Shown here one piece after another: positions 12,571 to 24,566 of a DNA stretch of 64,000 nt. How positions within the stretch are numbered: the stretch's first letter is position 1; every line of letters starts with the position of its first letter. Source of the stretch: Mustelus asterias (Eukaryota). The translations under genes were made by a program, and so were the position numbers. The notes under the pieces are model-generated. The model did no database searches, was not told where the DNA came from, and saw only the letters and a program-made list of their open reading frames with translations. The stretch is taken from the NCBI RefSeq assembly GCF_964213995.1, contig NC_135805.1, positions 78,740,001 to 78,804,000 on the forward strand, written 5' to 3'.

Positions 12571-13136
12571 GATGTGGAGATGCCGGTGTTGGACTGGGGT
12601 AAGCACAGTAAGAAGTCTCACAACACTGCTCGACAATCACCAGGCAGGAGTGCTCCCTTCCAGTCGGGGAACAGTTCAGCAGTCACGGGCATTCAGCCTC
12701 TGATCTTTGGGTAAGTGTTCTCCAAGGCGGCCTTCACGACACACGACAATGCAGAATCGCTGAGCAGAAACTGATAGCCAAGTTCCGCACACATGAGGAC
12801 GGCCTCAACCGGGATCTTGGGTTCATGTCACACTATCTGTAACCCCTACGACTTGCTTGGACTTGCAAAATCTCACTAACTGTCCTGGCTGGAGACAATA
12901 TACACTTCTTAAACTTGTGCTTGGCCCTCTCTCCGCTCACATTGTCTGTACCTTTAAGACTTGATTACCTGTAAAGACTCACATTCCAACCATTATCTTG
13001 TAAATTGAATTTGTGTCTATATATGCCCTGTTTGTGAACACAACTCCCACTCACCTGATGAAGGGGCAGCGCTCCGAAAGCTTGTGCTGCCAAATAAACC
13101 TGTTGGACTTCAACCTGGTGCTGTGAGACTTCTTAC
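12571..13136 (+). mobile_element. 5'-truncated Penelope-like element with inverted 5' tail copy
   Basis: GIY-YIG C-terminus LPVGEQFSSHGH...LQGGLHDTRQCRIAEQKLIAKFRTHEDGLNRDLGFMSHYL*; hammerhead in the 3' pLTR; 12571-12626 is the reverse complement of the family 3' end; flanking repeat TTAGGAGTCTAGA. Confidence 0.85.
13052..13086 (+). ncRNA. Minimal type I hammerhead ribozyme (PLE-associated)
   Basis: CAC-CUGAUGA-A-GGGGC/AGC/GCUCC-GAAA-GC-UU-GUG. Confidence 0.75.
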
Positions 13137-14139
13137 TTAGGAGTCTAGAAACAGAGGACAATTTCAAAATAAGGGGGAAGCCACTTAGAAATGAGATGAG
13201 GAGAATTTCTTTGACTCAGAGGGTTGTGAATCTTTAAAATTTTCTAAGCGAGAGGGCCGTGGATGCTCAGCCATTGAATTTGTTTGACGTAGAGATTGAC
13301 AAATATCAATGACAAAGGGATATGAGGACACTGTCAGAAAAAAATATTTGAAGTTGATGATCGGCCATGATCATATTGAAAAACATTGTAAAGGTTATTG
13401 TCCAAAATCACACTCAGTGGGGAATATTGAAATGCTGCAAATGAACCCGAAGCCTTGTAAGGACTCTGCCAGCTGACACCCAGAGATGGACATACATTTG
13501 GGCAGTACTGACTCTGCCTATTCTTTCTTGACTGACTGTTCCCATCATACCCAGGACATCAGGCCCTTCCCACTTCACTCCTCCAGTCACCACAGTACTT
13601 CTTTTGATCTCCCCTGGATCCTTCTTCCACTCCTCCATGTCCCCAACCTCTCCCCATAATGTCTCTACACTCTCCTCCCATACCACACACTCACCCTTGC
13701 CAGTCCTGAGCACACTCCCGTTTCCCCGTTGCCCTCACTAATGCGGCAGAGCTGAACAAAAAGCACTGATCTCAGACACAACTCTACAAAGACGATTGGT
13801 GCATGGCATCTTTAAATGATCGTGAACTGGGTGGCAGAAGAGTCCTGCGTGCTGCTGACTTTATCTTGAAGGTAGGGCCAGTAAGTATTCATGGCATGCA
13901 AATGTATTACAAATATGAACCTGCCATAGGCCGGTTGAGGCTGAAGGCACCACAGATACTCCACAGACTTTATCTCTGCATCTCAGCCCACCATCAGGAA
14001 ATTAAAATTCGGCCATCCATCTAATTAATTCATTCTCCATGTCAAATTTCCTGCTCTTATGGTCTCAGTAAAATCCTTTGTAATTATGCGCATTTTTGTT
14101 TTTGAAAGGCAGCCATTGGTGATAATTCAGCTTTTCCCA

Positions 14140-14402
14140 TTTATGCTCCTTTACCCTCACCTTTTATTTCATTATTTGATCCATTGCAACTTCCTGTTAC
14201 ATTGCACCATCATCCCTTTTTTCATTTCCTCTCTCCTGCTTCCCAGCCTATCACAGACCTTCCCTTTTGTTCTATCCTCCCAAACCCCTCTCCCACTTGC
14301 TTAAAGCCTGTTACATCTCTAACTGCTTCCAGCTTGTTATGTTTCTAACTGCTTCCAGCTTGTTACATCTGTAGCTGCTTCCAGTTCTGATGAAAGGTCA
14401 TG
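14140..14402 (+). mobile_element. PLE 3' fragment (second family) with 3 x 26-bp tandem repeat and truncated hammerhead
   Basis: Pyrimidine-rich body; repeat unit TGTTACATCTCTAACTGCTTCCAGCT at 14309-14386; then CTGATGAAAGGTCA. Confidence 0.5.
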
Positions 14403-14419
14403 AGTATCTAATGGCAGTA

Positions 14420-15829
14420 GGCTGGAATTCTGCCCTCACTTGGGAGCAAGTCCTGCCTTTGAGAGCTGCCAACTAATCAGCTTGGCCAACAGCTGACCCA
14501 TCCCTGCAGCATAGGCACTATAGTGGTCATTAGGTGATCTGCACAAAGGATGGAATTCTTCCAAGGTCCAGCTAATGGGTTCAATGGCAATCGTGGAGAG
14601 GGAGAGGTGGCGAAGGGGGTGGGTGTAGAATTTGACAGGACTCCAAGACTTTGTATTATGTTGGTTTGAGTTTCCTGTGGGATCTTACGTCATGTAGGAT
14701 TGGGAAACCTGCTGGAGATGGAATATAACTGATTTGCATCCTGCTCATTGGATACAGGTGAAGGCCCAACTAGAATCTTCCACTCATACCTGACACTCTG
14801 CAATGTCAGTGCCGGTCCAGAACACATCGGGAACAACGTGGCATGCGAACGTCAGGACTGATCTGAATAATATGTGGTCTGCTCCAGAGTTCAGGATGGA
14901 GCCACCAGCAACTCTGGTCCCAGGAACACCACAGCAGTGGGTGGGGGGGAGCATCTACAGGTGAACCTTCCAGATTCAGTGTCATTGAGGAGATCCATCT
15001 TCCAGCCTTAGAATGTTCCTGGAGATCCATCTTATTTTACAGGAGGTCCACCTTCTTTCTTCAACCGTGATGTTGGGCACCTTTTCAATATGGCGCCCAG
15101 ATATGGAGGTGGGATATGTGCCATCATGCCTGCCCAACCATAGAATATGGTGCCAAACCCCGGGTGCATAATTAATGAGGTGAGAGTTGGAAGATATGGT
15201 GTGGTTCCCCATGGGCCTCCACTTCAGGAAACAGTCCTTGTTCCCGCCCCCGCCATAAGACATAGTCCAGATGGGAGAATTCCGCCCTAATTCCCGGTAA
15301 CTGGAGACCCAGTGAAGTGTCACAAGTCCCAGAGCTGGGAGGGTAGGGAAGACATGGGAGTCAGGAGGAAACGATTGGGGTGTCAAGGTAAAGGCCGGTG
15401 GGGGAGGTCACCGGGCTTTAAGTGGAGGGTGCCCTCAGTCAGAACTGGGCTTCTAATGGGTGTCTTCCCCCACCCTCCTGTCCGAGATCTAAATATCTTT
15501 ATCTTTGGCTTACCTGCATGGAGCTTCAAACCATCCACCAACTAAAAATTGAGATTGGGTGAGAAACAGCCCTGAGTGAACATTAATTGGCCACTTAAGG
15601 GCCTCAACAGGGGCAAGGGCAGGCTTCCCTTTCAGGCTTTGCCCACCCCAGTATAAAATCGCTGCGATGTCGGGGCTGACAGGAACCTGGAGGGAATCCA
15701 GTCCCTGCAATTTTACCTCCCCCCACCCCCACACACCTCCTCACCCCCCCCCCCCCCCCCCCCCACCCCCCACCCCCCCACACACACCTGCCTAAAATCC
15801 ACTGGAGGGGGAGCATAAAATTCCAGCCC
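14420..15829. mobile_element. Cluster of Harbinger-like MITE remnants
   Basis: Termini-like words GGCTGGAATTCT (14421), GAGAATTCCGCCC (~15287) and TAAAATTCCAGCCC (15829); internal poly-C. Confidence 0.4.
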
Positions 15830-16779
15830 TTCTTTTCATTGCTATTTTCAAAGGCGTCACTTTAAACCTCAATTATTTTAATGTAAGTCTAATTGGGTCC
15901 TGGGCTTGCTTCAGCTTGCCAGGCACGGTGTCAGGGTGAGGTTTTGTTTCTCTGCGAAAACAAAATGATGGTGTTTCTCGCTATTATGAAGCAAATGCTG
16001 AGAGCATTCAGGCAGACTACATTTTAGTCAAACTTTCAATCGTATGTCAAGGAAGGTAATGGACACGGATGGCAAGTTTTAGGACAGTTTATTGCATGCT
16101 GGAATTTGAGCAGCTTAGCTGTAGGCCTCCAGGGTGCTTTCAGCTTTTAGGTTTCTCTATGGGAGGCAGCCCTTGGGTTTTTGGTTATTATTAGAGAAAA
16201 ATGGCCCTTGGCAGGAAGTGGTGGAACATATCCTGAAAATAACATGAGAAAAACATTTGGTCAATGGCAATAGGCATGCCAGGGTGAAGTGGTTTTGTCA
16301 GGGGGACAGTGTTCTGCCGTTTGGCCCCACCCCTGGGACCAGGTTTGTGATCATAGAACCATAGAGCAGAGAAAGTTGTGAAGTTCACCTAGCCAAAGAA
16401 CTAACAGAACAGCAGTGACTAAAACAGCTCAAATTAGTGAAGGGAAATTGGGATGTTTATATGTCTGAACCCTGCAAAACCTATTATTAAACATGATGTC
16501 ATTATAGCTTTTGGGTTAATGATCTCTGTGAAACTGTACTGGTTTCCCGAGGTGGCACGACAGCAGGTTTTGCAAGAGGACAGGACAATATCATTGTTTA
16601 TGGTGAAAGAAGAGTTTTAAAGTTAATGTCAAGTTCCGTAGTTAAGGTACGTGGTGAGTTGTGGAGATCCTGTAATGATTTTAGAAAATTAAATGACACA
16701 TCCAAGTTTGATACTTACCTTCATAGAATCATAGAAACACTACAGTGCAGAAAGAGGCCATTTGGCCCATCTAGTCTGC

Positions 16780-18105
16780 ATTGCACTTAATGTGAACAAG
16801 CAATTGATATCTGGAAAATTATTTGTTCCTCTGGGCCTTATAGAACTGTATTGAAGGAAACTGTTGACAAATTCCGCCATAGAAGGAATGGTCTTTATAA
16901 TCCCTGGAGATCTATACCTATGTCGAGTTTTGTCTTTGGGCTGCACAAGGTTCCTCCCACCTTTCAGTGGTAAATGGATTGTAAATGGATTGTACTTTGA
17001 AGCCTCATGTTCAGGTCATTGCTGCATACCTAGTTAACTGTGTAACTTACAGTGACAACCCACAGTCCCATCAGCAAAACTTATAGACAAAGAAAAGCAG
17101 GTTTCACTGCCATCCTAGGGAAGTGCCATCTGAGTTTGTCAGAGGTGTATTACCTGGGGAATGTAGCTGTGCAGAGAGGTTAAACCCAACTCGACAAAGC
17201 CAAGGCAATGAGGAAATTGGGTCAGGTCCATTAAAAAGAAACAAATAAGAACTTCCCTGGATCTTTTTAAATTTCATTGCTGATTTATTCCAGAATTTGC
17301 CATCAGGGCAGTCCTTCTGCAGATCAAATCAAAATCAGAGCAAAATATGGTCTGATAGTCCCTTCAATTCTGGACTACTAAGATACCTTTTGCTCAGCTT
17401 TCAGAGCTGTCGAGCTTTATACAGTAATTTCCCAGGTTATCACAATATTATACCAGGCATCCCATAACATACCTGCTACTTTGAAAACACCATTATGTTA
17501 CTGTCCAGAAGGAGTGTTTAGTGATCAAATGGGCATTGGAGACACTAAACCTTCCAGGCAATTGGATGTGGGCAAATAAGGAAATGAGTTCTCAGGTCAA
17601 ATGTTGGTTTTTGTTCCTTGTAGTGCAAGCATTTACATCTGAGTGTAGAGCCAGACTGGTGCAGAGAATGTGGATGTCCTGTCTCATATTGTGCTTTACC
17701 ACAGAAACTGTTTGAGTCCCTGGCTTTTCATGAGTGAGAGGAAAATGTAACAGTAAAAGGGATGATATGTGAGCCATATCATATGTGAGTCTGCATCTAT
17801 GATAGGGGTATAACTTTAAGAAGTTATATAATTGGTCAGATGGACTAAGACAAGGTGGTACAGCTTTAAGAAACCATTGATGGTAATTGCCTTTAATCAA
17901 TAACAATTTGAACAGAGAAGTTTGGAGAGGACAGAGCCGAGAGTGAAGGCCTAAATTGGTGTTACTGTTTTATTTGTAACTGCACTTAAATGCATAACTG
18001 CTGTGGGTGAATAAACCTTACTTGTTTTAAGTTCTAATCTACATGTCTCCTTGATCACTGGGTTTGGGTCTATGGTCAGTTTCTAAATAACATAAAATCT
18101 TAACA
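16780..18105 (+). mobile_element. Very degenerate Gypsy pol remnant with probable 3' LTR
   Basis: RNase H-like KECLVIKWALETL at ~17508-17547; purine tract GAGTGAGAGGAAAA then TGTAACA (17746)...AATAAA...TTAACA (18105). Confidence 0.5.
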
Positions 18106-18577
18106 ATTAAATGATCAAAAGTCTGGAGAAATGAAGCTTATATTCACTTGTCATTAACTTCAATTTTGACAATGTGTTTTCCTCATATTTTCACTTTAAT
18201 ATTGACTGCATTTGTAAATGCAGGGGGAGTTATAAAAAGGGGCACAGTGTAATTATCTATATGTGTAATAAACCATCAGGTCAGTCTAGAGAAATAACAG
18301 TTTCTTTCACTAACTATAAGGAATGGATCCAAAGTTTCACGCTGAGCAACAGAAAGATAGTTTATGTAGACAAAGAAGGATGTAAGAAGATTATCAAACA
18401 GTCAAATAATTATTTATAAATCTCCAAACATCAGAAATGTTCCCACCAGTGCAAAGACTTAACATTAACAGTGTGATTAGATTGAATAGCAGATTGTACA
18501 AAGCATATTTCCCTGTCTTCCAAATCAAGTGTTCTGGGTCAAATTCATTGGTTTTTGGTACAAGGTACTGATAGTAA

Positions 18578-19618
18578 CTATTCCGAAAATAAATTAATTG
18601 TTGAAGAATCGGAGTTCAATATTTTCCAGGTCAGGATAAGTTTTAGTGATTTACGAAACCAGGGGTAAAAGAAAGCATAAAGCATTGGGTTGAAAGCAGA
18701 ATTAAAATACCCAAACCATACAAATGTGTCAAAGATAATTGGTAAAGTGGAAAAATTTATAATTGGATCGATAACAGTAGTGATAAAGAAAGGAATCCAA
18801 CAAGTCAAAAAGATACCCATGACTATCCCTAATGTTTTTGCAGCCTTGTTTTCTTTACTTCTTGAGATTCTGCTTTTATTTTCTTCTGTAGAACTAGTTT
18901 CCTTGTTTGTATTCCCAATTACTCTAGCATGTTTACTTGCCACAAAAAATATTTTGATATAAATACTCAGCATTATAGCACCTGGAATAAAAAATGAAAT
19001 TGTTGGAGCCAATACTCCCCACAGTTTATTAAAGAGAAGAACACAACTACCTACACAAGAACTGGAAGCAATTAAATCCTCAATGCCCACCAGATTAATC
19101 TCAGAGAAGACTACACCAAATGCAAATAGGGCAGGAATCACCCAGCTAACTGTGACAAAAATGGTAATTACAGGAGGAGTGATTTTTGTCAGGTAGAGTA
19201 AAGGGTCACACACAGCACAACAGCGGTCAATTGCAATAAAGCACAAATGAAAAATAGATGTCGTACTCATCATCATATCTAAGCTTGAGTGAATTTTGCA
19301 AAATGTACTCCCAAAATACCAGCATGTTTCAATGGATCTCACCATGCTGTACGGCATGACAAGGAAGCCCACGAGAAAATCTGCAATAGCCAAGGAAAGT
19401 ACAAGGTAGTTTGTTGGTGTCTGGAGCTGCCTGAAGTATGAGATTGAAATGATCACTATTGAGTTTCCAAAGACTGTGACAAGTATTGACATCATCAAAA
19501 AAACGTACAGCGTCGCCTGAGTTCCCGTTGACCTGACAGCTTTGGGGCAGGATTCGTTAACATATTCAAAGCAGTATTGCAGGTTTTCCAGAATCGCACC
19601 AGAAGTTGAATTTGTCAT
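18578..19618 (-). CDS. Trace amine-associated receptor, TAAR2/3/4-like, 346 aa
   Basis: Intact intronless 7TM ORF; D3.32, KENKAAKTLG, CWIP, and a perfect TAAR signature NSAFNPMLYAFFYPWF; DRY is DRC. Confidence 0.95.
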   Translation of the reverse strand: MTNSTSGAILENLQYCFEYVNESCPKAVRSTGTQATLYVFLMMSILVTVFGNSIVIISISYFRQLQTPTNYLVLSLAIADFLVGFLVMPYSMVRSIETCWYFGSTFCKIHSSLDMMMSTTSIFHLCFIAIDRCCAVCDPLLYLTKITPPVITIFVTVSWVIPALFAFGVVFSEINLVGIEDLIASSSCVGSCVLLFNKLWGVLAPTISFFIPGAIMLSIYIKIFFVASKHARVIGNTNKETSSTEENKSRISRSKENKAAKTLGIVMGIFLTCWIPFFITTVIDPIINFSTLPIIFDTFVWFGYFNSAFNPMLYAFFYPWFRKSLKLILTWKILNSDSSTINLFSE

Positions 19619-20506
19619 CGCTTTAGTTTCTGAAAAAATGTATGAAACACTTCTATTAATTTATCTTTGGCAGATTCTTAGTGCTGTTTTCTGGAGGTCC
19701 TAGAGAAAAAAAGTTTTGCTGTTTAGTACAGATGTTTTCAGAAATTGATTCAGTTAGAAAAATATACTTTGACGTTGAAATATTTAAAACTTTAATATTC
19801 GTAATTGCTCTAAATTCTATCGGTATTTTGTACATTATATTGGCCGTTTAAATGATTTCCTATGAGATCAGATGTATGGAACTTTGTGTTATTGGAACTG
19901 CCCAAAATCTATTTTTGAATAAAATTACATGACAGTGCAAGTTTCTTCCTTCTCCAAATACACGCACATGCTAACTTGTGTTGGGTTCTGATATTTTTAA
20001 CTTATGCCTTAAAAACTGGCCATCTTAAAACTAAGCTGAAATGATAAGCATCCAGATGTTATCTGAGTAAAGGACATCACAGCCAACATTCTGTCTGTGG
20101 GCCAATTCTTTACCCCACACTTTCAGTACAGGTCAATAAAATCTTACAAATTACAACACAGGAGTCAGTACTGTCTCTTTCAAAGAACAAACTAGCTAGT
20201 TGCAATCCATGCAATATTTTCTCCTTCGAGTATACATCCAATTCCTTTTTGAATGCTAATACTGAATCTGTACCAATTTATCGGGCAGTGAATTTGAAAT
20301 CCTAACCACAAATCGAGTAAACCTTTTTCCCAATGTTGCTTTTGCTCCTTTGCCAATTGCCTTAAATTTGCATCCTTTGGTTATTGATCCTTCACCCTTT
20401 GGAATCAATTACTCTATCTAAACCTTATCGAATCATTTCTGAGCCTTCTGAGCTAGCAGGATAGCAATCTCAGTTTCTCTAATCTATCCACATAACTATA
20501 ATCTAT

Positions 20507-20590
20507 AAAGGTAAAATACTGTGGATGTTGGAATCTGAAAAATGAACAGAAAATGTTGGAAAATCTCAGCAGGTCTGACAGCATCTGTGG
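20507..20590 (-). mobile_element. PLE terminal fragment (second family)
   Basis: Matches the AAAATGCTGGAAAATCTCAGCAGGTCTGACAGCATCTG unit found at ~30800, ~41070 and ~50260. Confidence 0.55.
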
Positions 20591-20821
20591 ATTTTTGTAC
20601 CTTTCCAAAGCCTTCATGTCTTTCCTAAAGCCTAGTGCCTGGAATTGGACTCAACTTTTTACCTCAATGAATTAAATAATATTTGGAAATAGCAAATGTA
20701 TCTGTTTTTCTACTGCCCAACTTAGGAATACCAATTCATTGTTTAGTTGGTATGAGATAAATCACCATTAGGGCAATATTTTGAAAACAAATTATGCCAA
20801 AAATAATATTATAGCAGAATT

Positions 20822-21124
20822 GTAAGAACATAAGAATTAGGCGCAGGAGTAGGCCCTCTGGCCCCTCGAGCCTGCTCTGCCATTCAATAAGATCATAGCT
20901 GATCTTTTTGTGGACTCATACCCGCCCACTCACCATGCCCTTAATTCCTTTACTCTTCAAAAATCTATCTATCTTTGCTTTAAAAACATTTAACACGGTA
21001 GTCTCAATTGCTTCACTGGGCAGGGAGTTCCACAGATTCACAACCCTTTGGGTGAAGAAGTTCCTCCTCAATTCAGTCCTCAATCTGCTGCCCCTTATTT
21101 TGAGGCTATGGCCCCTAGTTCTAG
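20822..21124 (-). mobile_element. CR1 3' end
   Basis: RTRGHSLKIRG..LRTELRRNFFTQRVVNLWNSLP followed by a (TTCTTATG)-type tail. Confidence 0.85.
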
Positions 21125-21777
21125 TGAATCGTTTATGAAAGTATTGTGGAAGTGAGTTATGCTCAGTGGCTTTGTTTTTCAAAGAAACAACTTGCTCAGA
21201 AAGTGCAAGAGTAATTGCAGGATGGCCTACAAATGAAGATGGGGAGAAATCAGGAATCCATTTGATTGAAAATACACATGAGGGCAATTTTTTACATTTA
21301 CTGTTTGGGTGGTAAATTATCAGAGGGAAGGGATCAGCTATCTGATTTTCATATTTGTTGGGTAGCTTCTGTCCTGAGCGGATAACTAATTTCACAAGCA
21401 AATAAACAGAAGTTTAAAAAAAACTTTTTGGGCTTCTTGTGGTCGTAACCATTCTTCCTGTTCACTTCACCTGACCTGAAACCCATCCCATTTTGGGCAA
21501 CTGATTAAAATAGTAGTCGGGCCCTGACGATATATCTGTTTATTTTAGAAAAAAGTACCTTGCTGGTTTCCAGCCAGTGTGCTTCCCACTGCTTGGAAGA
21601 GCAAATTAAAGCTGAAGACCACAAGAAGTGTGCGGTGCATCATCGGGCAATTAAACTATCAGCTAATATTCTAACTGTCCCACTGCTCAATTTTCACTGA
21701 GCAAAAAGGGGCTCAATTCACCTGCAATCTGTGAAACAAAGCTGCTTAATGATTTGTGCCTGCTTTTTCTTTTTCAA

Positions 21778-22186
21778 CTCCCACAGTTGCGTGGACCTGC
21801 AGAGTTTCACTGGCTGTCTTGTCTGGAGACAATACACATCTTTTCTCCCACAGTTGCGTGGACCTGCAGAGTTTCACTGGCTGTCTTGTCTGGAGACAAT
21901 ACACATCTTTTTAGCCTGTCTTGATGCTCTCTCCACTCACATTGTTTCGTTTCTTAAAGACTTGATTAGTTGTAAGTATTCGCATTCCAACCATTATTCA
22001 TGTAAATTGAGTCTGTGTCTTTATAAGCTCTGTTTGTGAACAGAATTCCCACTCACCTGAAGAAGGGGCTTAGAGCTCCGAAAGCTTGTGTGGCTTTTGC
22101 TACCAAATAAACCTGTTGGACTTTAACCTGGTGTTGTTAAACTTCTTACTGTGTTTACCCCAGTCCAACGCCGGCATCTCCACATC
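21778..22186 (+). mobile_element. Penelope-like element 3' pLTR with 67-bp tandem duplication
   Basis: Homologous to 12840-13136; ends CCCCAGTCCAACGCCGGCATCTCCACATC; flanked by TGCTTTTTCTT at 21761 and 22189. Confidence 0.8.
22054..22090 (+). ncRNA. Minimal type I hammerhead ribozyme
   Basis: CAC-CUGAAGA-A-GGGGC/UUAGA/GCUCC-GAAA-GC-UU-GUG. Confidence 0.7.
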
Positions 22187-22477
22187 CTTGCTTTTTCTTG
22201 TCAAGCGTTTCTCAAAGATTGGAAATGTACAGATCACAGTACATGATAGACATGATAGGCACCTAATTCAGACCACATAGGTTCCTATTGTTACACCAAA
22301 GCTGTCATACAAGTAGATGTTGGTCAGGGCATAATCCTAAATGGAATTGCTCAGCCTGGCTAGCACTGTTATACTCAAAAGGCTACCTAAGGCACACTAC
22401 AAACCTATAATGGTGTAAGTACATACTTGTACATGCTAGTACTGAGGAAACTCAGACACTTGATGACAATGCATGGT

Positions 22478-22944
22478 GCGTTCTCCAAGGCGGCCTTCAC
22501 GACACACGACAGCGCAGAGTCGCTGAGCAGAAACTGATAGCCAAGTTCCGCACACATGAGGACGGCCTAAACCGGGATGTTGGATTTATGTCACATTATC
22601 AGTAACCCCCACAGCTCGCCCCTGGTCTTGCATAATCTCACCAGCTGTTCTGTCTGGAGACAATACACATCTCTTTAACCTGTGTTTAATGTTCCCTCCA
22701 ACCACATTATCTGTACCTTTTAAGACCTGGCTGGCTGTAGAGATTTGCATTCTAATTAGTATTCTGTAACTTGATTTCTGTGTCTGTGCACTGTTGGAGA
22801 ACAGAGACCACTCCATCTGACGAAGGAGCATCAAGCTCCGAAAGCTTATGGTGTTTGCTACCAAATAAACCTGTTGGACTTTAACCTGGTGTTGTGAGAC
22901 TTCTTACTGTGCTTACCCCAGTCCAACGCCGGCATCTCCACATC
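22478..22944 (+). mobile_element. Penelope-like element 3' fragment
   Basis: VLQGGLHDTRQRRVAEQKLIAKFRTHEDGLNRDVGFMSHYQ* followed by a pLTR with hammerhead and the same 3' terminus as 22186. Confidence 0.85.
22813..22851 (+). ncRNA. Minimal type I hammerhead ribozyme
   Basis: CCAU-CUGACGA-A-GGAGC/AUCAA/GCUCC-GAAA-GC-UU-AUGG; stems I and II fully Watson-Crick paired. Confidence 0.8.
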
Positions 22945-23006
22945 TTGACTTAGCTACACAGACTTTGAACACACTGTTCCCAAAATCAAAAATATATACT
23001 TGACAT

Positions 23007-23310
23007 TCATAAGTTCATAAGATATCGGAGCATAATTAGGCCATTCGGCCCATTGGGTCTGCTCCGCCATTCGATCATGGCTGATATGATCCTCATCCCC
23101 ATTTTCCTGCCTTCTCCCCATAACCCTTCAACCCATTACCAATTAGAAATCTATCTAACTCCTCAAATTTACTTACTGTCCCAGCATCCACCGCACTTTG
23201 GGGTAGCTAATTCCACAGATTCACCAACCCTTTGGGAGAAGTAGTTTCTCCTCAACTGTGTTTTAAGTTTGCCACCTCTTATCCTAAGACTATGACCTCT
23301 CACCCTAGAC
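23007..23310 (-). mobile_element. CR1 3' end
   Basis: Reverse CR1 3' UTR with (CTTATGAA)-type tail and the RGH.L...RNYFSQR.VNL region. Confidence 0.75.
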
Positions 23311-24446
23311 TCTGACCTCTTGTTCCATTATATTTAAAAAATGCTGTGCCTTAAGAACTCAAGACACAACTCTTCTTTCACTAGGGGAATTTCACAGTAA
23401 CTTCATTGCAGTGTTAATGTAAGCCTTACTTGTGATTAATAAATAAACTTTAACTTTAACTAGAAATTACTGCAATAAATCTGCATTACATTTTTACCAC
23501 AAGCCAAAGTCTTCCCTGAAGAAGCTCCTCTCTGGACAGCAATAGTTTCCCTTGTTGCTTGTTGTCAGCATTCCTCCCAGATTTGTGGTTGCCTATGATA
23601 CTGTGCTGATTTGCAAATAGCAACAGATAAAACACAACTTAATTCTCCTCATTAAAACAATAATCTGCAAACAATTGAGTTAAAGAGTTCTTGCAGTCTG
23701 AAGCTCTCACAGTCAATTTTAAAGGTATTAGTGCTGGGAGGTGTATTGCATATTTACATATGAAAGCTGTGGCCAATGAAGCATTTTGCTGTAAATTACT
23801 CCCATATTTATCCTGCTAATGAGTCCTTAATATTCAAGAGATTTTTTCTGCCTGCTTTTGTTACGGATACCAATACTAATTATAGTAGTTACACGTGAAC
23901 TGTTGTGCCATTTCCCTTGACTTCTAAACTTGGTTACATCAATCAAGAGTAGAATGAATTAGAATATTTGACTCATAATTCATCATTTTTACAATTATGC
24001 AGTGCGTGAATTCTGGCTATGCATTAATCTCTAGGAGCCTATAATTCTGGAGTTTGATCATTTGATTTTTACCACATATATTTTGAAAGAAAACAATGCT
24101 ACGTTGATCATTTAAGGCACAATATTGTATGCGCGTAATGTGTATTAGAAGGAAGTACTTGCACTGAAACATTAACAGGATCCGTAAGTCAGTGTGGAAG
24201 TGATATTGTCACCATGTTCATGCTCACTGTGCCGTCTTTCTAAGTATTGATTTTATAAATGTAACTATGCCTTTTATTGTGAAGGAGATTTTTTATGATC
24301 TATATTACAGACGTTTCTATTTCCCAACATAACTCATAAATAGCATAATAAATATTTATAATTATGTTTATAAGTTTATGTTTATAAGTCTATGTGCATA
24401 GACAAATGGATAAATCTGCCTACTGGCAATGCATTGGAATAATTTG

Positions 24447-24566
24447 CCTGATGAAGGGGTGACGCTCCGAAAGCTTGTGCTACCAAATAAACCTGTTGGA
24501 CTTTAACCTGGTGTTGTGAGACTTCTTACTGCACCTATCCCAGTCCAACGCTGGCATTTCCACGTC
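24447..24566 (+). mobile_element. PLE extreme 3' end starting at the hammerhead core
   Basis: CTGATGAAGGGGTGACGCTCCGAAAGCTTGTG...AATAAACCTGTTGGACTTTAACCTGG...CCACGTC. Confidence 0.75.

Larger units (their letters stand above)
12376..13380 (+). mobile_element. CR1 3' fragment interrupted by a Penelope-like element
   Basis: ERVQ.KF..L.PGM.GL.YEERL.KLGL before 12560 resumes as SR.RGQ...EMRR.F..QRVVNL after 13140. Confidence 0.75.
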
